Shown here: positions 37,640-50,230 of the stretch, piece by piece
How the letters are laid out: each line of letters starts with the position of its first letter
Numbering within the stretch: the first letter of the stretch is position 1
Source: Zootoca vivipara
Lineage: Eukaryota
Length of the DNA: 64,000 nucleotides
NCBI RefSeq assembly: GCF_963506605.1
Contig: NC_083286.1
Span: 32,736,001-32,800,000, forward strand
Reading direction: 5' to 3'
Notes under the pieces: model-generated
What the model saw: only the letters and a program-made list of their open reading frames with translations
The model's database searches: none
What the model was told of the DNA's origin: nothing
Translations under genes and position numbers: made by a program

Positions 37640-38580
37640 TTTAATTTTCCAGATCTTAGTCTATATCACAAGGCATTTTTTTTAATTCATGAGGAATTGA
37701 CATGCTTCTTTTTCTGCAAATATCCCTGCATAAGAAATCATTAGAGAGGACTTACTTAGCACCTTTTTATGGATTTATGGATGCATGCATGCATGGCATT
37801 AGATTTGAAGATAAAGAGGCAGTCCTTTTATGGAATAAATGGGCTGATAGTAGGATTTATTCATTAGATTACTTAATAGGATTGGGTGGAGAATTTCTGT
37901 TATTTGCAATATTGCAATTTAGACACCACTAGTGCTAAATGCCAATACTTACAGCACCTTTGTCTGTCTATGGGTCATCAGCTTTGAGTGCATTGGCATC
38001 TCCTCTATTGCCAGAGGGGGAAATTGGATATTTGAAGAAAGTTAAACCTTTAAAAGTAGTTTATAAATATTTATTGGTATGTTGCAAATGTTCAGGATTT
38101 TGGAGACAAATGGAATAGAAAATTAAGTGTGTTCCATACATCCTAATCAATGGAAACTTGCATTTAGCATCTATGTGTACTGTTTCAAACTGATATTGAT
38201 TCAACAAAATCAGGTTTGGGGTATATTGCATGTCACAACATATTAAAATAAAGGAACTGGTTGCTTCAGATAGGTGCTTGAAATGTAATGCTGATAGTGG
38301 CTCTTTGAGTCACAAAATGGGGCATGTCCTGTGGCGTCTTGTTTCTGGCGTCTTGGCGTCTTGTTTTCCCTCAAGCATATGACTGAATTCCAACTGAACT
38401 TTATCTTCACTTGAATGAAGATGACACTCTTTGTATGATTACAACTGCATTTTCGTCTTGGAACTACTCCTACACTAAGGACAGAGGAGAAAGCACAACT
38501 GCACTATTGCAAGATTTAATGAAGTTGTTTTAAGAATTCTTTGATCTTTCTTTTTTTGCATTTATAATTAATCATATATG
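37640..38580 (+). mobile_element. Decayed L1-clade ORF2 C-terminal fragment
   Basis: DRCLKCNADSGSLSH..(W).CP...FW at ~38269-38350 resembles the L1 CCHC domain. Many stops; boundaries approximate. Confidence 0.5.
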
Positions 38581-41500
38581 AAAGGATGAAGTACTGAAAA
38601 GGTTAACTAGTCTTGTTTTTTCTCAACTGAGATATTCTGAGAACCTTCAAGGCATTTAATTCCAAAACAGGAAGCCAGAAAGAGGAACACTCAGCTATTC
38701 TAATCTCATGCAGATCTTTTGGAAAGTATTTTCCTAAACACTTGCTGAAAGTTTTTTTCTTGTTCTGCACACTACCACATGCAGACTAAATGCAGTGCTG
38801 GAAAAAAGAAAAACAAGTTTCCTATTTAATTCCTCCTTATTAGGTAAAGGATCAATTTAACACTCATAATCAGAATCTGGTGGGGGTGTGGTGGATAAAA
38901 GGAAACAGTTTACTACTCAGTGGTACAGTAGGAATAAAACACAAAGTTATAGGATGAAAAACTAGTTTTTTAAATGCCTGGATTAGAACAAAGCAGAAAA
39001 AATCTGCTGCTAATAATATGATATCTAGAAAGAAGTACATAAACAATTTGTTTATTCTTGATTTTATTGGGAATTGGATTAGAAAAGAAGTGAAATTTCT
39101 ACTGCTGCTATTGCTATTATTCTCTTGCTTTATACTTTCAATTATTTAAAATTGAGTTTTCTATTTTGTAAGCCACTGTGTGAAAACAGTATATTTTGAA
39201 CAGTAGCATATAAATGAAGTAAACTTCCTACAGTCAAAATTAAGAATAAATGCAAGATCACTCTCTTAAAATGTTTAGCTGTTAAGGAAGTTTTATCCAT
39301 TTGGAGAAGTTCATGGATCATTGCTTCAATGAACAGTTTTCAGATTTGCTTCAATGAACAGTTTGCAGATGGGTCATCTTCCAGCCATGTCAAAAACGTA
39401 TGTGTATTCTCAGTTTTCCTGAGCTGTGTCTTCTATTTAACCAACATTGCTAATAAAAGCATTGCTGTAACAGTCTTTAAAGCTGGGTAACGACACTATA
39501 AAGGTCCCCTTTGGTCAGTTCAAGCACTGTACTCATGGATTCTGCAAATTTTATTTTAAAAAATCAGGACCATATACTTTATCAATACATTAATTTGATT
39601 ATGTTACTCTGAGGTAAAGTACTGTAATAAAATACTATTTAACAAACCAAGTTAAAAGCCAATCTACTAGTCTGCAACTTCAATATAGTCTTGTAAGTTT
39701 AATTATCATGTTATACTCAAACATTTTCTGAGCAAAAGTGATGACAATGTTTCAAAATGCATTCCTACAACTAGCCACATAGTTATAAAGTCTGTTTCAC
39801 ACACAATTTGGGAAATCAGAATGGGATTTTAGCCTAGGGATTAGTCATTTAGTCTGGCAATGTGCCAAGGAATACACAAACAAACAAGATCTCCCATATG
39901 CAGCAGTTCAAGGCCAAAAAGAGAACGATACCTCTCTACAGAGTTCCTCTACTCAACCAGACTAGAGACATGTGGGATGGGTCCCAGTGGTCCTCCTGCA
40001 CAGTAGTGAGAGCATTGAGGTCACTCACTCTGCTGTATAACAGACAGGGAGCTGCTTACAGAACTGCTCCTATCCAGCTGCACTGAGTTTTGTAGAACCC
40101 CTCTTCAAAAATGGGATTAATCTAGGTTTCTGATTGCAATTTACTGTGGTCCCTCAATGTTGTCCTGTAGGATAAAATAAAAAACTAAGTTTTTATGGTC
40201 TTATTAAACCAAAGATTTATCCCACTGGGATATAGCTCCTGCCCTTATTAATTTTAGCCGCTAGTTTGATAGATCACAGACAGACATGACATTAGTGCTC
40301 TCCTTACACAGGTGCCTAATACGCTTGTTACCTTGAAGTTTTCTTACTGGGGCAGCGAAACTTTTGTCAGCTGATGCTCCCTCTTGCTTTCAGTACAACT
40401 TTGCTTTCTAATGATGTCAGACTACAAACCCATAGAAGGAATGCCAAACTGTGACCTCATCAGCCTTTCTAAAGACCTGCATGACACATCTTTTTAGCAA
40501 GCATTTTTCTATGATTTTGTTACAAATATGAATACATGTAAAATGGTATTTTATTGTTTACTCTCTCACACACACACAAATACATATGCATCTTTTATTG
40601 TAAGGCACTTAGAATTCACTGTAACATGGAGCAGACCAAAAAGAAACGAGAAAATATCTGAGTCACTGGTAAAAGGTTTCAGTGCTTTTGTACAAGAACA
40701 CAAATTCTACCATGGAACTTGGTGAAACAAAGAAAAGGAATCTTATACTAACAATGGAATGCAGTCACTTCCATCAAGTCTCACTTGTTAACATATGTAT
40801 AAAGAGCATATCAAAGGAAAGAAAATGATACCAATGAATATATTAACATAGTCCAGATTTAAGAAACTGATTTCTAAAGGTATTTTTTAAATGTTTTGCA
40901 CAAAAGTCCCACAGATCTTTAACACTGGTCTGACGATTCCACAGACTTCCTTAACCATACCACAACTGGCTTTGGGCCATACAAAACCCCAGACATCCTC
41001 ATTACCTCATTGTTATGTGTTGGCTGCACCCTACTCACTTTTTCAGCTCAACGCAAAGAATTGTATAGCCTGCATCAAGAAAAGGTTGCTTAACTCTGCA
41101 AATCAGATCGTCAGTCTTCTAGCTGACAACATACTCATACTGTTCACAGCACCTAGTCCTTAACTGTGCGGCAATAGTAGTCGTATCTTCCAAAATTCCA
41201 CTGAGCTACAAGACTGTTTACAAGTTATGAGATCAAAACCCACTTTTTTCACGAGTAAGATTCAAAACTAAATCATTCAATGAAACAAACCCCTCTGCCT
41301 TCTATTTCAGCTGTCAGAAATAACCTTAAATGTGGAAAAGGTTTCTTTTAAGTGCCTCCTCACTCCTTGCCATAAACCATTTCATGGACTATTCAGTGGC
41401 TAAATTCAGCCTAAGCAGCTATTCACAACCAGTTTGGGTGTAGTGTTCCTAATAACTTTAGAACTATTTGTGGTAGAATAGCATTTTGAAAATCACTTGA

Positions 41501-41589
41501 CCAACATTTTAACACTGAACTTTTTAATCTTCCAAATTAATCCAATGAAAACTTGGAATTTACACTATCCAGAAATCTCTCGCACAGAG

Positions 41590-42900
41590 TGCTGACTGTG
41601 ACATTGATCAGACCCTGGCGGTGAGCAAGATCCCTCTCCAACCAAAGAGTACCTATAGCACAAAGCAGAAAATGTGGCATCAAATTATCAGTGTGACAAC
41701 AGTCATATCTGAACTCTGTGCACTTCTCTGATTCTGTCAAACAAACACTACTGAATTGCCCTACAGACAGCATTGAAGTAAGGTGGAACCACATCGAAGA
41801 GGCAACCTACAATACAACTATGTCCTCTTTTGGCAGAAGACAGCAGCAGATCTCCAACTGGTTTGAGGCTGAAATTAAGGACATGGAGCCTGTTATCGCT
41901 GCAAAGTGTGAGGCTCCTGTGAACTACAAGAATCACCCTGCGATAAGAAACTTGCAGCACTGAGAAAGGTAAGGAGTGATGATGCCCAGAGGATTGCCAG
42001 ATGCTATCTATGCCAATGACTACTGGCTAAAGCTATGTCAGAGCACTCAACTTACAGCTGACAGTGGCAATACTCCCAAAATGTACAAAGGCATGAAGAA
42101 AGTCTTTGGAACAACAGTAAGAAAAACTGCACCACTAAAAACCTTGCCTGGAGAGACCATCAGACAGCAGCATATGAAGTGATGGGCAGGACACTATGAA
42201 GAACTGTATTCATAGGAAAATACTGTCTTCAATACAGCAGTTGACAGCACCCTGACTCTGCCTGCTTGGAAAAGCTGGATGTCCCTCCTTCCCTCTACGA
42301 GCTAAAGAATGCCATCAACTCTCAGGTATGCAGGAAAGCCCCAGGGGCAGAACAAAATCTCAACAGATGTTCTGAAAGCAAGCCTCAAATCCTCCCTCAT
42401 GACATACCTCCATGGCTTTTTTTGAAGGGTTGGGGAACAGGATTTGTGCCACACAACATGCATGACTCCAGCATTCTGACCCTCTACAACAGAGGTCGGC
42501 AACCTCCAGCCCATAGGCCGGATATGGCACACAGAGGCCATTTATCCGGCCCACAGGCCACCCATGAACCAAGCCGCCCACTCGGCGAGCCCCCCATGCG
42601 CTGTGCTAAACCGGCGCGGCACAGGGACTTGCCAAGCGACGCCAGAAATGGCGCCTGCGCATGCCCAGATGCTGAAAATTGCTTCTGCGCAGGCGCGGTA
42701 TCTGGCGTCTCCACAGCCACAGAAGCGATTTCCGGCGCCGCGCAGCACCCGTCCGGCCCACGGACAACGTCTGTGGGAACAATCCAGCCCATGGCCGGAT
42801 AACCTTGCCGACACCTGCAAAGGTGAATGCCATGGCTGTAGCAACCACCATGTATTCTTTTCCCTGTTGCTCTCCTATGCCTTCAGCTCAGCTGAAACCT
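41590..42900 (+). mobile_element. Decayed RTE-clade LINE ORF fragment interrupted by a MITE
   Basis: Encodes WNHIEEATYNTTMSSFG..NWFE, NDYWLKLCQS.Q..ADSGN...MY.GMKKVFG, KAPG, and I.TLY(K)..KG across the MITE. Confidence 0.75.
42490..42817. mobile_element. GC-rich hAT-type MITE
   Basis: Imperfect TIRs cagaggtcggcaacct / accttgccgacacctg. No TSD visible. Confidence 0.7.
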
Positions 42901-45699
42901 TTTGACTAACCACATTGCAGGAAACCTGAAAATCCCAGGCACTACTGCAGTTCAGCTTGAGTCTGAAAAACCTTGACATAAATTCTCCCCAAGACACAGG
43001 GAACGAAATCTATGGTCCTCAAAATGTTGTTTAACCATAACTCCAATTATCCCTGACTCTAGGCAGTGCTGGCTAAGGCTGATGGGAGCTGTCCAACATA
43101 TCAAGTACCACAGGTTTGTCAGCATTAATGCCACTTAGCCTTGTCTCCTTAACAATGCAAGACTAAAATATGTTGCCCTAATAATTTATTGAGAACATTA
43201 TAGGGCCATGGTTGTGGTCTTGGGTTATGAGCAAGTCAGGTGAATTGCATTCTGCCATTATAAAAGTGGGTACTACATTCTATGGCTGATAGAAAAAGTC
43301 TCAGCGAATTGTTTTGAAACTCAGCAATCTAGCAGAGGTACAGTATGTTTGAGGGGAGCCCATGCCAAATGTGAGGTTGTGCTACATACTTGCATGACAT
43401 TGTGGTGTGCAAAAAGCATAGCAATAATCTCTGTCCTATTTATTCCCTATAGTAACTAAAAGGAAAGATGCTTTACCTGTGGCAGGGGGCAGGGTGACTA
43501 GATGACCAGCAAGGTCCCTTCTAGCTCTATCATTCTATGTGGATGGTATCGTTTACCAGTTAGGTACTTAAGGAATGATCACTTCAGTCACATAAATTCA
43601 ATGTGTCTATTCCAGTGAACAGACAAATCTTGAGACTTAAGTCCATCCCTCTACCACTGACAGTCAAGGTAGTGGTGAACCTTGGATGTTCAGCATAGGA
43701 TACCATAACATATTGCCTAAATGAGTTTGAGCGGACATGGAAAGCCCATGTTAAGCCTAATTGTTAACCTAATATCACAAGGTCCATAAAAAGAGAACTG
43801 GCGTCACCTGGGATATTCCAAAATTGTTTCAACATTGGTAAATTAAAAGGCATATTCAAATATGACATTACTGTCAGGTCAAAAAATATATACTTTGAAG
43901 AGACATAGAAATTAAATTCTAAAATGTTTTATAAAAGTAAAGCAAGTAACATTAAGTGAATACAGCTATTCAAAAAAGCACTTTTTAAATCTCTGTGTTG
44001 TGTCCTTATAAAGCTACTTTTCTGAGCAGTCTGCGGATGTTATTCATGTGCCAAAACACACAATGTGTACAATATGTTTAAAAGAAGTACTGCTTGTCAG
44101 TCAGATTTACTTGTCGCTTTTGCAAAAGGAAAAAAGGGGGGGGAACTGTCTACACGAAAACTCAGAAGCATAGTTGTTAATAATAGTTTTAAGTTAAACT
44201 TTACATGTAGCTCTGTTCAGTTTCAAATAGAAAATATTTATTTGCTTTTCATATTTTAGAAAAAAAACATTTAAACTATCAGTTATCAATGTATTTAATA
44301 AGGGAAATGTTACTATCAAAATTTTACCTGCTGACAAGACACAAGACACAACACAGCACACTTTCTTGTTTTTACAGCAAATAAAATTCATGACTTTTGG
44401 ATTTTGAACAGTTAAGCCAATATTTAGTCTGGTTCTTGGGAGAGCTAAACTGGGTGACCCAAAGTAATATGTAAGAGTAAATGCAATACAAATTATTAAG
44501 CATTCAAACTGAAAATGCAATTACTAATTATCTAACTAAAAAACTAACAAGAAACAATTAGGAAATCTCATAAAATCCCACATACAACAAACAAATCATG
44601 TTCCTTTTGGGTGTTTTCAGAATGTAGAACCAGATAACAATACTGAAGTCAGTTATTACTTACCTTGTGTCCAAGATAATGCTATTTCTTTCAACTTGAA
44701 GGCACCTGTCTTACCTCTCATACAACATTCATTAACATTTTGTTGCAAATTAAAAATTAAAAATGCTAAAGCATAGTATATAATCAGACATTACATATTC
44801 TCTTAACACTTTCATAGATGGAGTGATTGTATATATGCAGGTTTTTCAGAACTTAAGTGGCTGAATTTATCTTACAAATGCAAATTTGATTATAATTATG
44901 CAACCTTGAAACAACCCACCATCTCACATACATGTATTAAAATTATGGCATGCATATCCTCTGAAGCAGTGGGGCGTGGAGCCAAGCAGCATAATTATGA
45001 ACATCTAATATTTGTTGCTTTCTAACTGAAGAAAGGGTGATTTCTATAGTCTTCTTCAGGTACCTTGCATGTTTTGGGAATGTACTGTGGAACTGTATGA
45101 TAATTTCCTTTACCAACTGTTCTTTCAAGAATAAGATACAAGATGCTGAAATGGGAGTGAGGAGAGGAAAAAGTTATATTGTTATCCGTTTGGAAGCTTT
45201 CATTATTGTGACTAATAACTGTAGGTTTGCCTACTGAACAACGGGTAATCTGAAACTTAACAAGTAAGTTGAAGCTGGCGCCCTTGGTATGTGACACCCA
45301 TCAGAATATTGCAGGAAGGCTAGAAAGACAGAAAGAAGCTGATTGAAATTTAGATACAAAAAGTTTAGAGATTTTTGCTGGTTGGCCAAAAAAAATAAAG
45401 CATATTTGGACTGTAGTTGCTCTTTTTCAGAATGTTGCAGGATTAGTGGCTGTGTTGGCAGTGGTTGTGTTGGCTGCTGTAGAAGCCTATTCACTTCCAC
45501 AATATTATGCTTAGAGAACAAAGAAAAGACAACATAAGTCTTCAAAAATTTATCATCTAAATGAAAAACTTTAACTTGGATTATAGAATACATATTAATA
45601 TATACTTAATTAGTTTGTACATGAACCTATACATTGAAAGAAGGGAATGGAAAGTGAAACAGACAAATTCAGAACACAAAAGAAACATAACACAAGTTT

Positions 45700-45825
45700 A
45701 GGCAGCCCTGTATTGGGATCTTTTTAAATATTTGATGTTGCATTATGTTTTTACTTGTGTTGGAAGCCACCCAGAGTGGCTGGGGCAACCGAGCCAGATG
45801 GGAGGGGTATAAATAAAATCATCAT
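45700..45825 (+). mobile_element. L2-type 3' end fragment
   Basis: cccagagtggctggggcaacc...ggggtataaataaa, as at 33250-33300. Confidence 0.7.
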
Positions 45826-48800
45826 AGTTGGATTATTAAGGAACTAGGGAAAGGTCTTCTTTCACATGCTACTACTGAATCTTCTCAGAGTCTCCTGTGA
45901 GCCTCTGTAAACAGGTTAGCAGTTTCCATATAGCAAGAGGCACAGCCTATGGCTATGGGTGGATCCCAGGCCTCAAGGTATCCAAGGAATGTGTAAGCCA
46001 GTATCATCTACTTAAAACTGGGCCTGGAAACACAGTGGAAATGAATGGACTGTTGAGGTAACAACACATACTGAAATTAGGAAAATGTATTGAGGTGGAC
46101 TAGAAGGAAAAAGTAGGTTCCTGAGGGGCATACTTCCAGTGCACGCAAGTTTGTTGGGGGAATGATGCTCTGCTGTGCCATGGGATGAAGAGTATTTTTC
46201 AGTGGTGGATCCCCAATTGTAGAACTTCCTTCCTAATAACATTCAGCAATCCCGCACACAGACTACGTATAGGCACAAGCTAAAACCTTTTCTTACCTTG
46301 TCCAGACCTCTGAGGTGTAATTGGCTTTTTATTTTTAATATTCTATAATTTCTGCTGTCTCTACTACTGCTGCTCTATTCTGCTTTCATATCCAGTTATG
46401 ATGTGATGCTAACAATATATTAGTGTTGTGTACTGCTATGTATGCAATGTTGAATTCTTAGCTGCTCTGTGCTTCTATTGGGAATAAGGGTGGAGTATAA
46501 GCACAAGGAAATAAAATATGAGCGGTGTAATAACAAATAGGCCAACAACAGAAGAAATGGATAGCCTGCCTGTACGTAGATGAAAAAAGGGGCATGAACA
46601 GAAGCAGTATAGCAGACCAGAGAGTTGGCAGTATAAGCACAGGGTGGTTTGGGGTATGTGTGTGCATGTATATTTAAGAAAAGCAAGCTTTAGAAATGAA
46701 TGCCAAAGACAAATTTATGTCCTTGAATTTGGACATGGATGATGCATAAACTGTGAGGTTGACAGGGGAAAAACTCTCCAGGGGCATAAATGTGCAGTAA
46801 ACTGATGTGTATTTTTAAACATTACTGTTGAAAAAGTATGACGGCTGCCAAACCAAATATTCTGAAATCAAATGTAAACACCTCAAGCTGTGATTATTTG
46901 GTAGCAAAATATTAAACAGTTTAAAAATCCCTTTTCATAATTATTCCAATTTAATCCAAAAAGTCACTCACATTACGTAAAAAGGTTTAGAATAAGCCTG
47001 AAACCATCTTAAATCACAACAGTATACATATGCAAACAGTCTCAAAAAGATTAATCCAAATGTGTTAGAACCTCTACAATTTTAGCAACATTTAAAAGGA
47101 GCTCTTTGGGGGGAAAATACAAACACACTATTAAAAATTATTACATTTGGTATCAAATATCTAGTGTTAAGTTTACAATGGCAAAAATCCAAAAAGCTCT
47201 ACGTTATGCAAGCCCCAAAAGCTTGCTTATGCCCAGATGGTTTTTACTTATTTTCTCTGAGAAGCAAACCACAGTACCATGCCATACCATAAGCTGATTT
47301 TGAAAATCACCTCTGTTTCCACATGGCCTAGCAAACTGCTTTTTAAAAAACCAAAGCCCCTTGAAGTGCATGGAAATAGCTGCAAGGGTTTTTTGTTTTT
47401 GTTTTTTGGATTCTAGTCAATTTTGAAAAGATTTGTTTGTGCACGAGAAATTAGCAAACAATGAATATTACACTAACGGCTCAATACAATACAGAATTCA
47501 GCATGCTTAAAATCTATTTATTTCAGTAGACTTGGGTGCCCCTTATTCTTTATGCTGGATTTGGCTACAGGGCTTATTGAGTTATAAAGAATTTTAAATG
47601 GCACCAATCATAATATGGTCACTGTTGGGTGCATGGCATAGCACAAGATGTCTGTGGGGGGGGGGTGTAGCATAGCACAAAGTTAGAAAGAGCCATTACT
47701 GCTTGTCCATGCCCCACAACTTGCTTACCATGGGAAGTCAGTGCTATCTCATGCTGGTGCTATTTGTGGCAGTAACACAAATTGATTCTCCATACACTCA
47801 ATGATGCTGCACTTGTCTATTAACAATAGGGAGTATTCCATGGTACCAAGGAAAATATGCAATGTGGCCATGCCAAACTGTCTCTTGCATGCCCACAGAG
47901 TACATGTGTGCACTCACCACACACATGCAGACCACAGACACACATGGATCTCTTCCCTCCCACACACACACACAGTTTTTAATTGCCTATTAAAATATTT
48001 TGGATAACTAGGTGAACAGAATTCTGAACTAAGTGAACAGAATTTTGTTGAATTGCTTAAGCACTGCATAAAGATAAGAAACATCATTTTCTGAGTTAGT
48101 ATTGTTGCTGCCTAAAAGCTGTGAATATGCCAGAGCCGATGTCAACTTCGATTATGAAAACAGTTTTCTAAACTATTTTTAGAGGGATGGGCTGTGAAGG
48201 CTTTCTACATTCCTCCCAATATCTAGGGATTTAACTACGACTTACCTACTTACACAGAAAGAAATATTACACATGTAGTTATCTAATTTACAAAGACAGT
48301 GAAGAAACTGAAGGGTACTAGCTGGTTTTCTATAAATTAGCACCATCAAAAGAGAAGTGCCCTTTTTATTTGCTTATTTCTTCTTTACTTTTCTTGCACA
48401 TTTTTGCCATAGCAAATAACTTTGACTATAAAATTGTCTACAAAACTGTTTTCAACTGTGTTAAAACAATTAATGCAAATGAAAGTTATGTACTGTTTTG
48501 TTTAAAAAACACACAGAGAGACACAAATATTGAATGTTGAGAAGTTTTGGAGCAGTGCCCCAGCTAAACAGTCTGAGTCCCAGCTATTTACTGAACCACC
48601 TTGATACTATCCTGCCCGCAGATTAATATCACCTGCTCTGGAAGCTCTCCTGCTTTGCCCACCCCATATGTCAATAAGGTGTATGTCCTAGTGTGCTCAC
48701 TCTACAGGTTTGTATAAGGGTGCTTTGGACCCCCTCTGAAGACCAATGGCTGGAAATTCAAATTGAGGAGAGCACTGGTTGCACTCAGGTCCTGCTTGCA

Positions 48801-48899
48801 GATTTCCCATAGGCACTTGGTTCTGACTGGCCACTGGAACTCAGTGCTGGACTAGATGGACCTTGGTCTGATCCTGAAGGGCTCTTTTTATGGAGGATT

Positions 48900-49200
48900 A
48901 AATGAGAGGTCCTTCTCCGTGGTAGCTCCACATTCTTCTGTTGGACATACACCAAATCTCTACACTGTGGGCTTCTAAGAAGGCTCTAAAGATTGACTTT
49001 TTCAACAGGCCTTTCAGGCAAGAGGCTTGTTAGGAAGGTGATGGTTTGACTTGTCTATGATCTCTCTGGTTCTGTATTTTTTATGTTAAGTGTTAATTTA
49101 AATGTTGTTTTTAAATATTTTTTATCATTTTTATCTTTTGCTTTGCTTATAAACGGCTTTGGACTAGCATTTATGCAGAAAAGTGGGCAAAAATATTTTT
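48900..49200 (+). mobile_element. Old L2-type 3' end fragment
   Basis: RSFSVVAP...F*EGSK-like remnant followed by a T-rich 3' UTR. Confidence 0.45.
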
Positions 49201-49263
49201 TAATACGTATATATTCCACAATTTTTCAAACTTGTAGTCTGTGTATTAGGGATTAGGTGACAT

Positions 49264-49403
49264 CAGTGCTTTTTAAAAAAAAGAAAAAGAAAAAAGGTGC
49301 CGGTACACACCATGAAGTTGTTACAGTAAGTGCCACTCTTGCAACTTTTTTTTTAAGGTGCCAGTACTGTGTACCCTTGAGTATCCCCAGAAAAAAAACA
49401 CTG
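49264..49403. mobile_element. hAT-type MITE
   Basis: TIRs cagtgcttttt / aaaaaacactg; TSD ggtgacat/tgtgacat (7 of 8 match). Confidence 0.7.
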
Positions 49404-49938
49404 TGTGACATGTTGATCTGTAAATGGCAGACATGTTTCCTGAAACACAGCATGTCTGCTACTACCAACCATTTTTGCAATGCACAGCTCCAGGGGCTGT
49501 TAAATTTACTTTCACATAGGCAAATTGTTAGACCAACAAGGCCTTTCAGATATGAATCAACTTCATGTCCAATAATGTACCTTTGTATTGTCTGCAAGAA
49601 GCAGAGATGTCAAAACAAACAGATAAATGTATACAGCACTGCCTGGTTATTCTGCGAAATATCTTACATATGCTATTAAATTTCACTTTTCTGTGCCAGA
49701 GCACCATTGAAAAAATAGAATATTTAAACAGGAAGCTGCTAATAGAGACACATTTATTTTAAGGTAACAAATGCACTAATAGGTCTTTGCAACAGATAAC
49801 TGTTTTTAGCACCTGCCTTTAACATTTCCCCAAAAAATTTTTTTAAGAAGTTAAACATTTCAATGAATCAGTCAGTCAATTTGCAGTCCAACCAATTATG
49901 ACAGTTATGCCTAGTGAAAGCAAAATGCAACATTACAG

Positions 49939-50230
49939 CAGCGTTTCTCAACCACTGTTCCGCGGCACACTAGTGTGCCGCGAGACGCTGGCTGGTGTGC
50001 CGCGACGTGCGGCGACGAGAAGGGCGATTTGCATTGTCACGTGCCTGCCGGCCGCCAATACACAGCACTGACCCGCCGGAAAGCAATATTTGGCAAGTGT
50101 TTCTTACAGTCATAATTATAATATAGGGCGGCACAGAGTTAAATTTTTTAACTTTTTTAATGGTGGTGTGCCTCGTGATTTTTTTCACGGAACAAGTGTG
50201 CCGTGGCCCAAAAAATGTTGAGAAACATTG
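49939..50230. mobile_element. 292-bp hAT (Charlie-like) MITE
   Basis: TIRs cagcgtttctcaac / gttgagaaacattg, perfect 8-bp TSD cattacag, and gtgtgccg subterminal repeats. Confidence 0.9.

Noticed and set aside
42266-42909. Cluster of overlapping ORFs up to 178 aa
   Set aside because: These are chimeras of a decayed RTE frame and a GC-rich MITE.
44943-45593. Two same-frame minus-strand ORFs (120 aa and 61 aa) as a hidden exon or pseudogene
   Set aside because: In-frame stops separate them, and I recognise no protein family or convincing splice pair. A tblastx search would settle it.
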